A DNA stretch of 64,000 nucleotides from Leucoraja erinacea. Its lineage: Eukaryota. The notes under the pieces are model-generated. The model saw only the letters and a program-made list of their open reading frames with translations. It was not told the DNA's origin and ran no database searches. The stretch spans positions 124,001 through 188,000 of the forward strand of contig NW_026575913.1 in the NCBI RefSeq assembly GCF_028641065.1, written 5' to 3'. The translations under genes were made by a program, and so were the position numbers. The stretch's first letter is position 1, and each line of letters opens with the position of its first letter. Shown here in pieces: positions 51,862 to 62,186 of this stretch.

Positions 51862-52509
51862 GCCCAGAGATAATAGACCTATCCTGCCAGTGGCATCACC
51901 AGTCACTTGTTTTTAACGTTAGCTGCACAGTCTCTTGAGAGATCACATGACGACTCCTGACGGCAAATTAATTGGGATTAATATTAGACATTTAAACAAA
52001 ATTATCCAGGCCACGTTTTCTACCGTTAATTATGAAATGGCGTAATGGCTGCCAGTAAATTTTGTTATTTGTTAAAATATAGATTATATGACTATGTATA
52101 ATAGACAATAGAAATAATTCTAAGCAAGAACATTCACTACCTGTTCTATTTGCAATCTCAGTTCTAAGCAGCAAATTGATTTTGTATTATCTATTCATAC
52201 CCATGAGCTTAACGAAAAGGCTCTTACGTGCTACTTTTACATTGGCTGTCACCTCCATCCAGGCACCCACCACTCTCTGTAAAACAAATTGCTCGCGAAT
52301 CTCCTTTAAACTCCCTCTCACCTATTCCACGTGTCCTCCAATCCCCTCCACGCTGGACAACGTTTATTTGTTAATAAATCATCAATGGCTTTCATAACGT
52401 TGCGATATCAGGTAACCTTTCAACCATCGGCTTTCCAGAGGTTGCAAACCGTCTGTCCTGCTCTCGCTTGTAATGGTGCAGTCCAATCCAGGGATTAGTT
52501 TGTTAAATC

Positions 52510-52600
52510 CAAAGATCCTAGAGGAGCAAGATAGACCACTCCTCGAAAAACGCGTAGTATGACGTGTGTGATCGTCGACGCCATTTTTCGAGGCATTTAT
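52510..52600 (+). mobile_element. Terminus of a CAAAG-ended TIR DNA transposon (P-element-like)
   Basis: CAAAGATCCTAGAGGAGCAAGATAGACCACTCCTC matches the inverted end at 56645-56679 (1 mismatch in 35). Confidence 0.65.
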
Positions 52601-53092
52601 TGAGCTTCCCCCACACTGTCATCGCGCCCTTATCTAAATTTCATCTCACTGCTCTGCTATCAAGTATTCTAATCGTAAATCTAAATGACCCGACCTGTCA
52701 ATCTTTAGGTTCCCCAATAAAAAAGAAAGGTGAGAAAATATTTTTATTATTTTCAGTCGCTATTCTGTCGTGAAAATGTTATTTTCTGTTCTCCCATCAA
52801 CGGCCATTGGGAAACTGGGTTTGTCGGTACATTAGAAAGTTATTAGACTTATTTTTAATAGTTCTTTACTTACCATAATAATAAAGACAATTTTAACACT
52901 TCTGTACGTTTTTGGTCTTGTTCTTGTAAGGGATTGGTCTCCACAATATGTCCCGCGGACACATTAGACCCAGTGACCACGGGATTTTTCGAGCTCAGAT
53001 TCGAGAATGGGCAGCTGTTACCCATTATATTCCTCGAATTGTCAAGACATCACAAGCAAAGATCACAAGCCCGCCGTGAAGAAGGGTGCAAT

Positions 53093-53125
53093 CAAATATT
53101 ATATAACTCTGCTCTATCATCTTTG
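53093..53125. mobile_element. 33-bp TIR-only remnant with perfect 8-bp TSD GGTGCAAT
   Basis: GGTGCAAT-CAAATATTATATAACTCTGCTCTATCATCTTTG-GGTGCAAT. Confidence 0.8.
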
Positions 53126-53168
53126 GGTGCAATGGTGGGTCGGGGGGTTCGGTGGCGGCGGCCGCAAT

Positions 53169-53204
53169 CAAAGATACTAGTGGAGCTCTGCTCTATAATC
53201 TTTG
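53169..53204. mobile_element. 36-bp TIR-only remnant with decayed 8-bp TSD
   Basis: GCCGCAAT-CAAAGATACTAGTGGAGCTCTGCTCTATAATCTTTG-GTCGGAAT (TSD 6/8). Confidence 0.7.
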
Positions 53205-53244
53205 GTCGGAATGGGACGGCTGCGCGTTATAATGTGCTATCGTT

Positions 53245-53530
53245 CCACTCTCCCTCCCCCCCTTCTCCCTCCCCCCCTTCTCCCTGTCCCCCCCTTTCCC
53301 CTTCTCCCTCCCCCTTCTCCCTCTCCCCCTTCTCCCTCTCCCCCCTTCTCCCTCCCCCCTTCTCCCTCTCCCCCCCTTCTCCCTCTCTCTCTCTCGATCT
53401 CTCTCTCCCCTCCTCTCGATCTCTCGCTCCCCTCTCTTCTCTCTCTCTCTCTCTCTCTCTCCCCCTCTCTTCGCGATCTCCCTCCCTTCCCTCTCTCCCT
53501 CCCTTCCATCTCTCCCTCCCTTACCTCTTC
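53245..53530 (+). repeat. CT-rich polypyrimidine low-complexity tract
   Basis: Almost exclusively C/T. Confidence 0.95.
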
Positions 53531-54046
53531 GTGAGAGTTGGCAGCTCTGCTATGCCTTGGGTCCAAAAGAGGATAGAAAGAAAATACTTAATGGTCTTTG
53601 TAAGAAGATTTTAATAAGCTCTTCTACATTTAAGGTAAATTGACATATTAGAGGCAAAACGCATTTTCAATATACAGGTCTCTCCACACAACTGAAAACA
53701 ATTGCATTTAAGTGATATGTCATCCATTGTTCAGGCAAGTAGCACTAGGTTACAATAAACTTCCTACATATTCCAGGAATGCATCTCATAAAAATGGGAG
53801 AGGCTTAAATGCATTGTGAAATCATAAATCCATGTTGACTTGGACTAATCATTTTACTGCTATCCAAATGCCCCATTATTACATCTTTAATAATTGACTC
53901 CAGCATCTTTCACACCACCAAAGTCAGGCTAACTGGTCTGTAATTCCCCGTTTTCTCTCTCGCTCCTTTCTTGAAAAGTGGGATAGCATTAGCTATCCTC
54001 CAATCCACAGGAACTGATCGTAAATCTATTGATCGTTGGAAAATAA

Positions 54047-55970
54047 TAGAAACATAGAAACATAGAAATTAGGTGCAGGAGTAGGCCATTCGGCCCTTCG
54101 AGCCTGCACCGCCATTCAATATGATCATGGCTGATTATCCGACTCAGTATCCCGTACCTGCCTTCTCTCCATACCCTCTGATCCCCTTAGCCACAAGGGC
54201 CACATCTAACTCCCTCTTAAATATAGCCAATGAACTGGCCTCGACTACCCTCTGCGGCAGAGAGTTCCAGAGATTCACCACTCTCTGTGTGAAAAAGGTT
54301 CTTCTCATCTCGGTTTTAAAGGATTTCCCCCTTATCCTTAAGCTGTGACCCCTTGTCCTGGACTTCCCCAACATCGGGAGCAATCTTCCTGCATCTAGCC
54401 TGTCCAACCCCTTAAGAATTTTGTAAGTTTCTATAAGATCCCCTCGCAATCTCCTAAATTCTAGAGAGTATAAACCAAGTCTATCCAGTCTTTCTTCATA
54501 AGACAGTCCTGACATCCCAGGAATCAGTCTGGTGAACCTTCTCTGCACTCCCTCTATGGCAATAATGTCCTTCCTCAGATTTGGAGACCAAAACTGTACC
54601 CAATACTCCAGGTGTGGTCTCACCAAGACCCTGTACAACTGCAGTAGAACCTCCCTGCTCCTATACTCAAATCCTTTCGCTATGAAAGCTAACATACCAT
54701 TCGCTTTCTTCACTGCCTGCTGCACCTGCATGCCTACTTTCAATGACTGGTGTACCATGACACCCAGGTCTCGCTGCATCTCCCCTTTTCCTAGTCGGCC
54801 GCCATTTAGATAATAGTCTGCTTTCCTGTTTTTGCCACCAAAATGGATAACCTCACATTTGTCCACATTATACTGCATCTGCCAAACATTTGCCCACTCA
54901 CCCAGCCTATCCAAGTCACCTTGCAGTCTCCTAGCATCCTCCTCACAGCTAACATCCTCCTCACAGCTGGGGTGTGTGTGTGTGTGGGGGGGGGTGGGAG
55001 GGAGGGGGTAACTTTTAAATCTCTCCCTGCACGGTTGGGGCTGCAATGTGGAGCGGCCTCCAACAGGAGAAGACCGGGGACTCTGGTGCCGACTCACCTC
55101 GTCGCGGAGCTGGCTGAGTCCGGAGCGGGTGGAGCGGTGGTGGAGCGCTGCTGCTGCTACTGCTGCTGCGGCCCGACCTCCGGAGATTCGGAGGCTGCAA
55201 CTGCGGGTCTGGCGGACGGCGACACCGGGAGCCCGCGGGTCCCTGGAGGGAGACCGCTTTTCAGGGCTCCTGCAACGGCGACTTCTCCCGCCCGAGTTGC
55301 GGGGTTGAAGAGCTCCTGGAGCGGGGCCTGACATCACCGCCCCGCACGGCTTGGAATGGCCGCGGGACTCTGCGAGCGCACGCCGGGGGCTCTAACACCA
55401 AGACCCGGTGTGCGACCTTGCATCACCCGGCGTGGCTTTAATGGCCGCGGGATAATCGCCATCGCCAGCCGGGGGCTTTGACTTTGACTCTGACATGGGG
55501 GGGGGAGAGAGTGCAGTGGAGAGATACGTTTTTTTGGCCTTCCATCACAGCGATGTGATGGATGTTTATGTAAAATGTAAATTATGTTGTGTCTTGGGTC
55601 TATTTGTTTGTAATGTATGGCTGCAGAAACGGCATTTCGTTTGGACCTCAAGGGGTCCAAATGACAATTAAATTGAATTAAATTAAATTAAATTAAATTA
55701 AACACTGCCCCCCAGCTTAGTGTCATCCGCAAACGTGGAGATATTGCCTTCAATTCCCTCATCCAGATCATTAATATATATTGTAAATAGCTGGGGTCCC
55801 AGCACTGAGCCTTGCGGTACCCCACTAGTCACTGCCTGCCTAATGAAGAACTCAACCATATTATGGTCACTCTTGCCCAAGGGGGCACGTACAATAAGAT
55901 TGCTAACTAACCCTTCCTCATTACTCAATACCCAGTCTAAAATAGCCTGCTCTCTCGTTGGTTCCTCTAC
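54047..55970 (-). mobile_element. CR1-B LINE fragment interrupted at 54969-55700, with an internal deletion at ~55838; runs into an N gap
   Basis: RT ORF, (CATAGAAA)n tail; sequence resumes (AACACTGCCCCCCAGC) after the insert. Confidence 0.9.
54969..55700 (+). mobile_element. GC-rich non-autonomous retroposon with a 3' stem-loop and (TAAAT)n tail
   Basis: Cleanly interrupts CR1-B; 3' end ATTTCGTTTGGACCTCAAGGGGTCCAAATGACAAT(TAAAT)n; 16-bp local duplication CATCCTCCTCACAGCT at the 5' junction. Confidence 0.75.
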
Positions 55971-56251
55971 NNNNNNNNNNNNNNNNNNNNNNNNNNNNNN
56001 NNNNNNNNNNNNNNNNNNNNNNNNNNNNNNNNNNNNNNNNNNNNNNNNNNNNNNNNNNNNNNNNNNNNNNNNNNNNNNNNNNNNNNNNNNNNNNNNNNCA
56101 TATGNNNNNNNNNNNNNNNNNNNNNNNNNNNNNNNNNNNNNNNNNNNNNNNNNNNNNNNNNNNNNNNNNNNNNNNNNNNNNNNNNNNNNNNNNNNNNNNN
56201 NNNNNNNNNNNNNNNNNNNNNNNNNNNNNNNNNNNNNNNNNNNNNNNNNNN
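55971..56251. other. Assembly gap (N runs with a 6-bp CATATG island)
   Basis: Ns in the sequence. Confidence 1.
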
Positions 56252-56511
56252 CCTTTATGGTTTATGTATATCATCTTACAAGACAAATAAATTAATAGTG
56301 ATTATTTAAATCAAAGTTGCTTCTGATCCATGAGAATAAACTTAATTATCTCTAACTTGCCTCTCACACACAGACACACATTCATATAAATATATAAAAT
56401 ATGTATACGTTAAATTTAATTTTGTGCAGTGTGTGTTAAAGCAATACAATGCAAGGGAAACTACGCAAAGGAGGGGGCTGTTCCCGCTACAAGAGGATCT
56501 TTGCTTTGGAT

Positions 56512-56542
56512 CAAAGATTATAGCGGAGCTCTATAATCTTTG
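56512..56542. mobile_element. 31-bp TIR-only remnant with perfect 12-bp TIR and perfect 8-bp TSD CTTTGGAT
   Basis: CTTTGGAT-CAAAGATTATAG-CGGAGCT-CTATAATCTTTG-CTTTGGAT. Confidence 0.85.
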
Positions 56543-56550
56543 CTTTGGAT

Positions 56551-56679
56551 CACAGCGGGTGGCATACCGGAAGTCGCGTGTCGCATTGAAAAATGGCGGC
56601 CGTGACGTTCCGTCACGTACTACATGCCAGTCCATTGGATTTCGGAGGAGTGGTCTATCTTGGTCCTCTAGGATCTTTG
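56551..56679 (-). mobile_element. Terminus of a CAAAG-ended TIR DNA transposon abutting the L2
   Basis: GAGGAGTGGTCTATCTTGGTCCTCTAGGATCTTTG is the inverted match of 52510-52544. Confidence 0.65.
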
Positions 56680-57395
56680 GCCAGACCCTGTGTGAAGCGC
56701 AGCGGCGTGGTCTCCCTGAACCTCCGCCCGCTGGCATGGGAGCCGCTACCGGCCCTCAACTCACCTGCAGTCCCTGCAAAAGTGGCCCTGATCAATGCGA
56801 GATCAGTGCTGAATAAAACCTTCGTTCTCAATGACTTCTTCACCGCACGTGGATTGGCCTCCCTACTTATCACTGAAACCTGGCTTAATCCTGGCGAGCT
56901 TGCTCCACTCGTGGAACTCTGCCCTGATACCTGTAACTTTTTCAGCTCGCCCAGGGCTCTCAGGTCGAGGTGGGAGCCTAGCCACTGTGTTTAAGAAGAA
57001 TTTCAACTGCCGCCTTCTGAACACTGATCAGGTTTCCAGTTTTGAACATCAACTAATCATAGTTGGTCTAATCTGTCCGCTTTTAATTGTTCTTGTGTAT
57101 CGCCCACCAAAGATGCATTAGGACTTTATCTCACAATTTGGTGATCTTATTGCTAGCTTGTTGCCCAAATTTGACCAGGTCCTGATTCTTGGTGACTTTA
57201 ACATTCTCGTTTGTTTTCCTACGAAGCCTCTTGTGAGTGAATTTATGAACCTGGTTGAGTCCTTCAATCTGTCTCTACTCACCACTGGACCCATGCACAA
57301 GCTTGGCCACACACTAGACCTACTGCTTTCGTCTGGTCTCCTAACTTGTGACACAGATATTATTGATGCCTGCCTGTCTGATCATAATGCTATTA

Positions 57396-57787
57396 TCTAT
57401 ATTACTAAAACTCTGTTCTTGACCGGTTTCGGCTTTCTGTGCTGCGGTTTCAGAGAGAACGCCGCCACCTACGGCCGTCATTTTTGGCCACCTCGCTCAG
57501 AGCCCCCCTCCGCCGCGTGTGATCCAAGGATTTTTCCCGTCGATGAAAATTGACAGAGATATTGTTTTTGACAGAGATAATGTTTTTACAACATTCCTCA
57601 TTCTCTCTGCTGCCCCTGCTGGAGGGAGGGGGAGCGACTATAAAACCAGGAAGTGGTGTGCCTCAATCAGCTTTGAATGACAATGACAAATGTCTACAGC
57701 ATTGTGAGTACCCTTAATTTGGTTTGAAAATGAAAATATGGTTAGAGGTAAAAAAGCACTGCTTGCAATTGGTTGTTTGGGTTAGGG
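57396..57787 (+). mobile_element. Helitron-like non-autonomous insert (5' part; 3' end lost in gap)
   Basis: Interrupts the L2 right after SDHNAI, starting A|TCTATATTACTAAAAC; no TIR seen. Confidence 0.5.
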
Positions 57788-57973
57788 NNNNNNNNNNNNN
57801 NNNNNNNNNNNNNNNNNNNNNNNNNNNNNNNNNNNNNNNNNNNNNNNNNNNNNNNNNNNNNNNNNNNNNNNNNNNNNNNNNNNNNNNNNNNNNNNNNNNN
57901 NNNNNNNNNNNNNNNNNNNNNNNNNNNNNNNNNNNNNNNNNNNNNNNNNNNNNNNNNNNNNNNNNNNNNNNNN
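57788..57973. other. Assembly gap, followed by a C/T low-complexity tract to ~58195
   Basis: Ns in the sequence. Confidence 1.
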
Positions 57974-59881
57974 CTCCCCCCTCTCCTCTCCACTTCTCCT
58001 CTCCCTCTCCTCCCCCCCTCCCCCCCTCTCCGCCCTCTCCTCCCCTCTCTCCTCCCCCCCTCCCTCCCCCTCTCTCTCCCCTCTCTCCCCCCTCCTCCTC
58101 CCCCCTCTCCTCCCCCCTCTCTCCCCCCCCCCTCCTCTCCTCCCTCCTCCCTCCCTCTCCCTCCTCCTCCCCCCTCTCCGCCCCCCTCTCCCCCCTCGTC
58201 ACCGCTATGAAACCTACTACTTGTGCCCTCGACACTGTCCCCTCTGCCCTTCTAAAGGACGTCAATACTACAGCCGGTCTCAGCATCCTCGCCATCTTCA
58301 ACAGCTCTCTGGCCACTGGCACTGTACCTACCTGCTTCAAGCATTCGGTGGTCCAGCCACTCCTGAAAAAACCTAACCTCGACCCCACCTTGCCAAGCAA
58401 CTACAGACCCATTCTAAACTGCCTTTCCTCTCAAAAGCCCTTGAAAAGTTAATTTTAAATTAACTTTTGCCTTACCTTTGCCAAAACACTATCTTGGAAA
58501 CTTTCCAATCAGGTTTCAGGGCCCACCATAGCACAGTCTGCCTTGTTGAAGGTACAAAATGACCTACTGCTCACCGTTGACTCCGGCGACTGTGCAATTC
58601 TGCTCCTTCTCGACCTCAGTGCAGCATTTGATACTGTCGACCACACCATCCTAATTGACCGTCTCCGGTACGGGGTTGGTATTGATGGCACTGCCCTGAG
58701 CTGGTTCATCTCCTACCTCAAAGGTAGGAGTTCCTCTACTAACATAGGAAACTCATTCTCCTCTCCAGCTAGCCTCTGCTGTGGGGTTCCACAAGGTTCC
58801 ATCCTTGACCCCATTCTCTTCTCCCTGTATATGCTCCCCTTAGGCCGAGTCATTGAAAGGCACGGCATTTCCTTCCATTGCTACGCAGAAGATACCCAAC
58901 TCTATCACCCCCTGAAGCCCAAAAACCAATCAAATCTACTTAACCTTACCCACTGCCTCGAGGATATAAAGTGGTGGATGGCCCAGAACTTCCTCCAACT
59001 AAACGAGAGTAGGTCCTATGTCATCCTTCTCGGCCCCTCGGACTCAATCAAAATGATAGTAGGCAGCCTTGGAAGCCTCACCCCACTAGTCAAACCTCAC
59101 GTCAAAAACCTTGTCGTGATATTTGACTCAGCACTGAAATTTGACAAACAAGTCAATGCCGTGGTAAAAGCTAGCTTCTTTCAGCTTCGGACGATAGCTA
59201 AAATAAAACAATTCCTCCAGTTTGATGACGTCAAAAGATCATCCACACATTTATCTCCTCCCGCCTAGATTACTGCAACTCTCTTTACACTGGCATCAGC
59301 CAATCTTCCCTGTCCCGCGTGCAACTGGTCCAAAACGCGGCAGCGAGACTCCTGACGGGCACCCGAAAAAGGGACCACATCCCCCCCAGATCCTGGCCTC
59401 TCTCCATTGGCTCTGAATGGAGCGGTTCCGAATAAACTTCAAGATCCTCCTCCATGTCTACAAAGCCCTCAATGGGCTTGCCCCCACCTACATAAAAAGT
59501 CTTCTCACCCACCACTCCACCTCAAGGCTCCTCAGATCGGCCGACTTGGGATTGCTGAATATCCCACGGTCTAGGCATAAGCTCAGGGGCGACCGCGCCT
59601 TTGTGGTTGCAGCCCCTAGACTGTGGAACAGCATTCCCTTTCCCATCAGAACTGCCCCATCCATCGACTCTTTTAAGTCAAGACTAAAGACTTATCTATA
59701 CTCCCAAGCCTTTACTGACGTCCTCTAAGTGAGGGCTACATGTATGTAGTTTGTTTTGTTGTGCTATTCTTATAACAAATGTAAACCATTTTGGCCAACG
59801 AGAGTTGTTTTTTTAAATGTGCTATATAAATAAATGTGACGTGACTTGACGAATAGATTCTTGGACTCGCAGTTCAATGAG

Positions 59882-59980
59882 TCATGGCTGGTGGACTGGC
59901 ACTTCAGTCACTAACAGCTGATGGGCTGGCAGTTCACTTACCCATGGCTGGTGGGCTGGCATTCCAGTCACTCACGGCTT
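59882..59980 (+). repeat. ~30-bp tandem repeat (about 3 copies)
   Basis: CATGGCTGGTGG.CTGGCA.T.CAGTCACT units. Confidence 0.8.
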
Positions 59981-60394
59981 GTGTGGTGGTCCCCCTCCTC
60001 GCTTCCTCCCCAGTCTGCTCCTTGCCATCCCCCCCACGCATTCAGTACATCTCCACTCAAACTCCCCCCTGTGCACTATTAGTGCCACTCCGACAGCGCA
60101 GCCATTCCTGCCTATTAGGTTCCCATTGTGATGAAGATCACGCAGGCATGGCATGGAAAAATAATTTATTAAAGATTAAAATGTGAATGACTCTTAAAAT
60201 ATAACAACAATTTAAATGTTAAAGGTGAGATGTATTAAGTTCAGTTCTTTCTTGTAGTGTCTCTGGTTGTGTCCAGTTGCTCACTGCCTCTTGATGCCTG
60301 TTTGCTGTTGATAAAAAAAGAAACAATTTTAATATTGAGCGGTCATTTTTTAACAAAGAAAATCTGAGAATTTACATCAGAAGTCATCATTCAG

Positions 60395-61210
60395 CGCAGG
60401 CCAGCAAATCAAATCTCACAGCACTTCAAGCAGAGTGCAGGCCAGCAAACTCAAACTCACAGCACGTCAAACAGTGCCGGCCACCAAATTCACACACCCT
60501 CCACCTCACATACACACATACACTCACACACATATACACTCACTCACACACACACTCACGGCACTTCAAACAGAGTGCAGGCCAGCAAATCCAATCTCAC
60601 ATCACTTCAGGCAGAGTGCAGGCAACAAATCCAATCTCACAGCACTTCAAGGAGAGTGCATGCAGCAAATCCAATCTCATAGCACTTCTAGCAGAGTGGC
60701 AGCAGCAAATCCAATCTCACAGCACTTTGAGATGAGTGGAGACAGCAAATGGAATCGCACAGCACTTCTAGCAGATTTCAGGCAGCAAATCCAATCTCAC
60801 AGAACTTCAAGCAGTGTGCAGGCAGCAAAACCAATCTCACCGCACTTCAAGCAAAGTGCAGGCAGCAATTCCAATTTCACAGCACTTCACATAGAATGCA
60901 GGCAGCAAACCCAATCTCACAGCACATCAAGCAGAGTGCCGGCCACCAAATTCGCACACCCTCCACCTCACACACACACATACACTCACACACATATACA
61001 CTAACACACACACTTACACACACGTGCACAGACTCACACACATACACACACATACATAAACTCCCACACACACATACACTCAAACACACACACATACTCT
61101 CTCTCTCACACACTCTCACACACATATACACTCACACGAATACACTCGCATGTAACACATATACTCACACACTCCCACAAACACAGAGACAATGACACAC
61201 ACACTCACAT
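60395..61210 (+). repeat. ~39-bp minisatellite (about 12 copies) interleaved with (CA)-rich tracts
   Basis: GCAGAGTGCAGGCAGCAAATCCAATCTCACAGCACTTCAA units; the CCACCAAATTC.CACACCCTCCACCTC+(CA)n block occurs twice. Confidence 0.9.
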
Positions 61211-61752
61211 ATACCATATAACCATATAACATTTACAGCACGGAAACAGGCCATCTCGGCCCTACAAGTCCGTGCCGAACAACCTTTTTCCCTTAGTCCC
61301 ACCTGCCTGCACTCATACCATAACCCTCCATTCCCTTCTCATCCATATGCCTATCCAATTTATTTTTAAATGATACCAACGACCCTACCTCCACCACTTC
61401 CACTGGAAGCTCATTCCACACCGCCACCACTCTCTGAATAAAGAAGTTCCCCCTCATGTTACCCCTAAACTTCTGTCCCTTCATTCTGAAGTCATGTCCT
61501 CTTGTTTGAATCTTCCCTATTCTCAAAGGGAAAGGCTGATCCACATCAACTCTGTCTATCCCTCTCATCATTTTAAAGACCTCTATCAAGTCCCCCCTTA
61601 ACCTTCTGCGCTCCAGAGAATAAAGACCTAACTTATTCAACCTATCTCTGTAACTTGGTTGTTGAAACCCAGGCAACATTCTAGTAAATCTCCTCTGTAC
61701 TCTTTCTATTTTGTTGACATCCTTCCTATAATTGGGCGACCAAAATTGTACA
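61211..61752 (-). mobile_element. 5'-truncated CR1-A inserted in a (CA)n tract
   Basis: VQFWSPNYRKD...VWNELP and tail. Confidence 0.92.
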
Positions 61753-61971
61753 CACACACACACACTCACACATACACTTACACTCACACATACACTCACA
61801 GATACACTTACACATATACCCACACATAGACTCACACACACAAACACATTCACACACACTCACACACACATACACATGACAGTAAAAATTCTTGAATGCT
61901 TACACGGCTAACCGCGGTCTCTGCATTGTGGGGCTTCAGAAATAACGTAATGAGCGGGACGTTTGGAGTAC

Positions 61972-62150
61972 ACACAGTCGGACCTAATAAAGCATTTATT
62001 CCTTCCAAACACAGTCGAATATAATAAAGCATTTATTCCTTCCAAACACAGTCGGACAAAATCGGACAAAATAAAACACGTATTCCTTCCAAACACAGTC
62101 GGACCTGATAAAACATGTATTCATTCAAAACACAGTCGGACCTGGTAAAG
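61972..62150 (+). repeat. ~37-48 bp tandem repeat (4-5 copies)
   Basis: TTCCTTCCAAACACAGTCGGACC..ATAAA units. Confidence 0.85.
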
Positions 62151-62186
62151 CATTGCAGTTTCAAGCACAGGCAGAGCAGCAGGCCA

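Larger units (their letters stand above)
56680..59850 (+). mobile_element. L2-clade LINE (APE endonuclease + RT), degenerate, interrupted by a Helitron-like insert and an N gap
   Basis: LINARS, ITETWL, VYRPP, LGDFN, GHTLDL, SDH; LLLDLSAAFDTVDH, GVPQGS, YAEDTQL, LHWL..., RAF..AAPRLWN; AATAAA plus (GACTT)-like tail. Confidence 0.9.

Noticed and set aside
52934-53614. Pro/Ser/Leu-rich ORFs (also 57714-58452, 704-1057, 60435-61195)
   Set aside because: Translations of low-complexity or tandem repeats, some spanning Ns.
54144-55337. 397-aa ORF fusing a novel N-terminus to an RT
   Set aside because: Chance read-through from the GC-rich insert (antisense) into a CR1-B fragment.
56099-56104. CATATG island inside an N run
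   Set aside because: Scaffolding or masking artefact; no biological inference possible.
61972-62150. Repeat array superficially CRISPR-like
   Set aside because: Eukaryotic context, no unique spacers, no cas genes.
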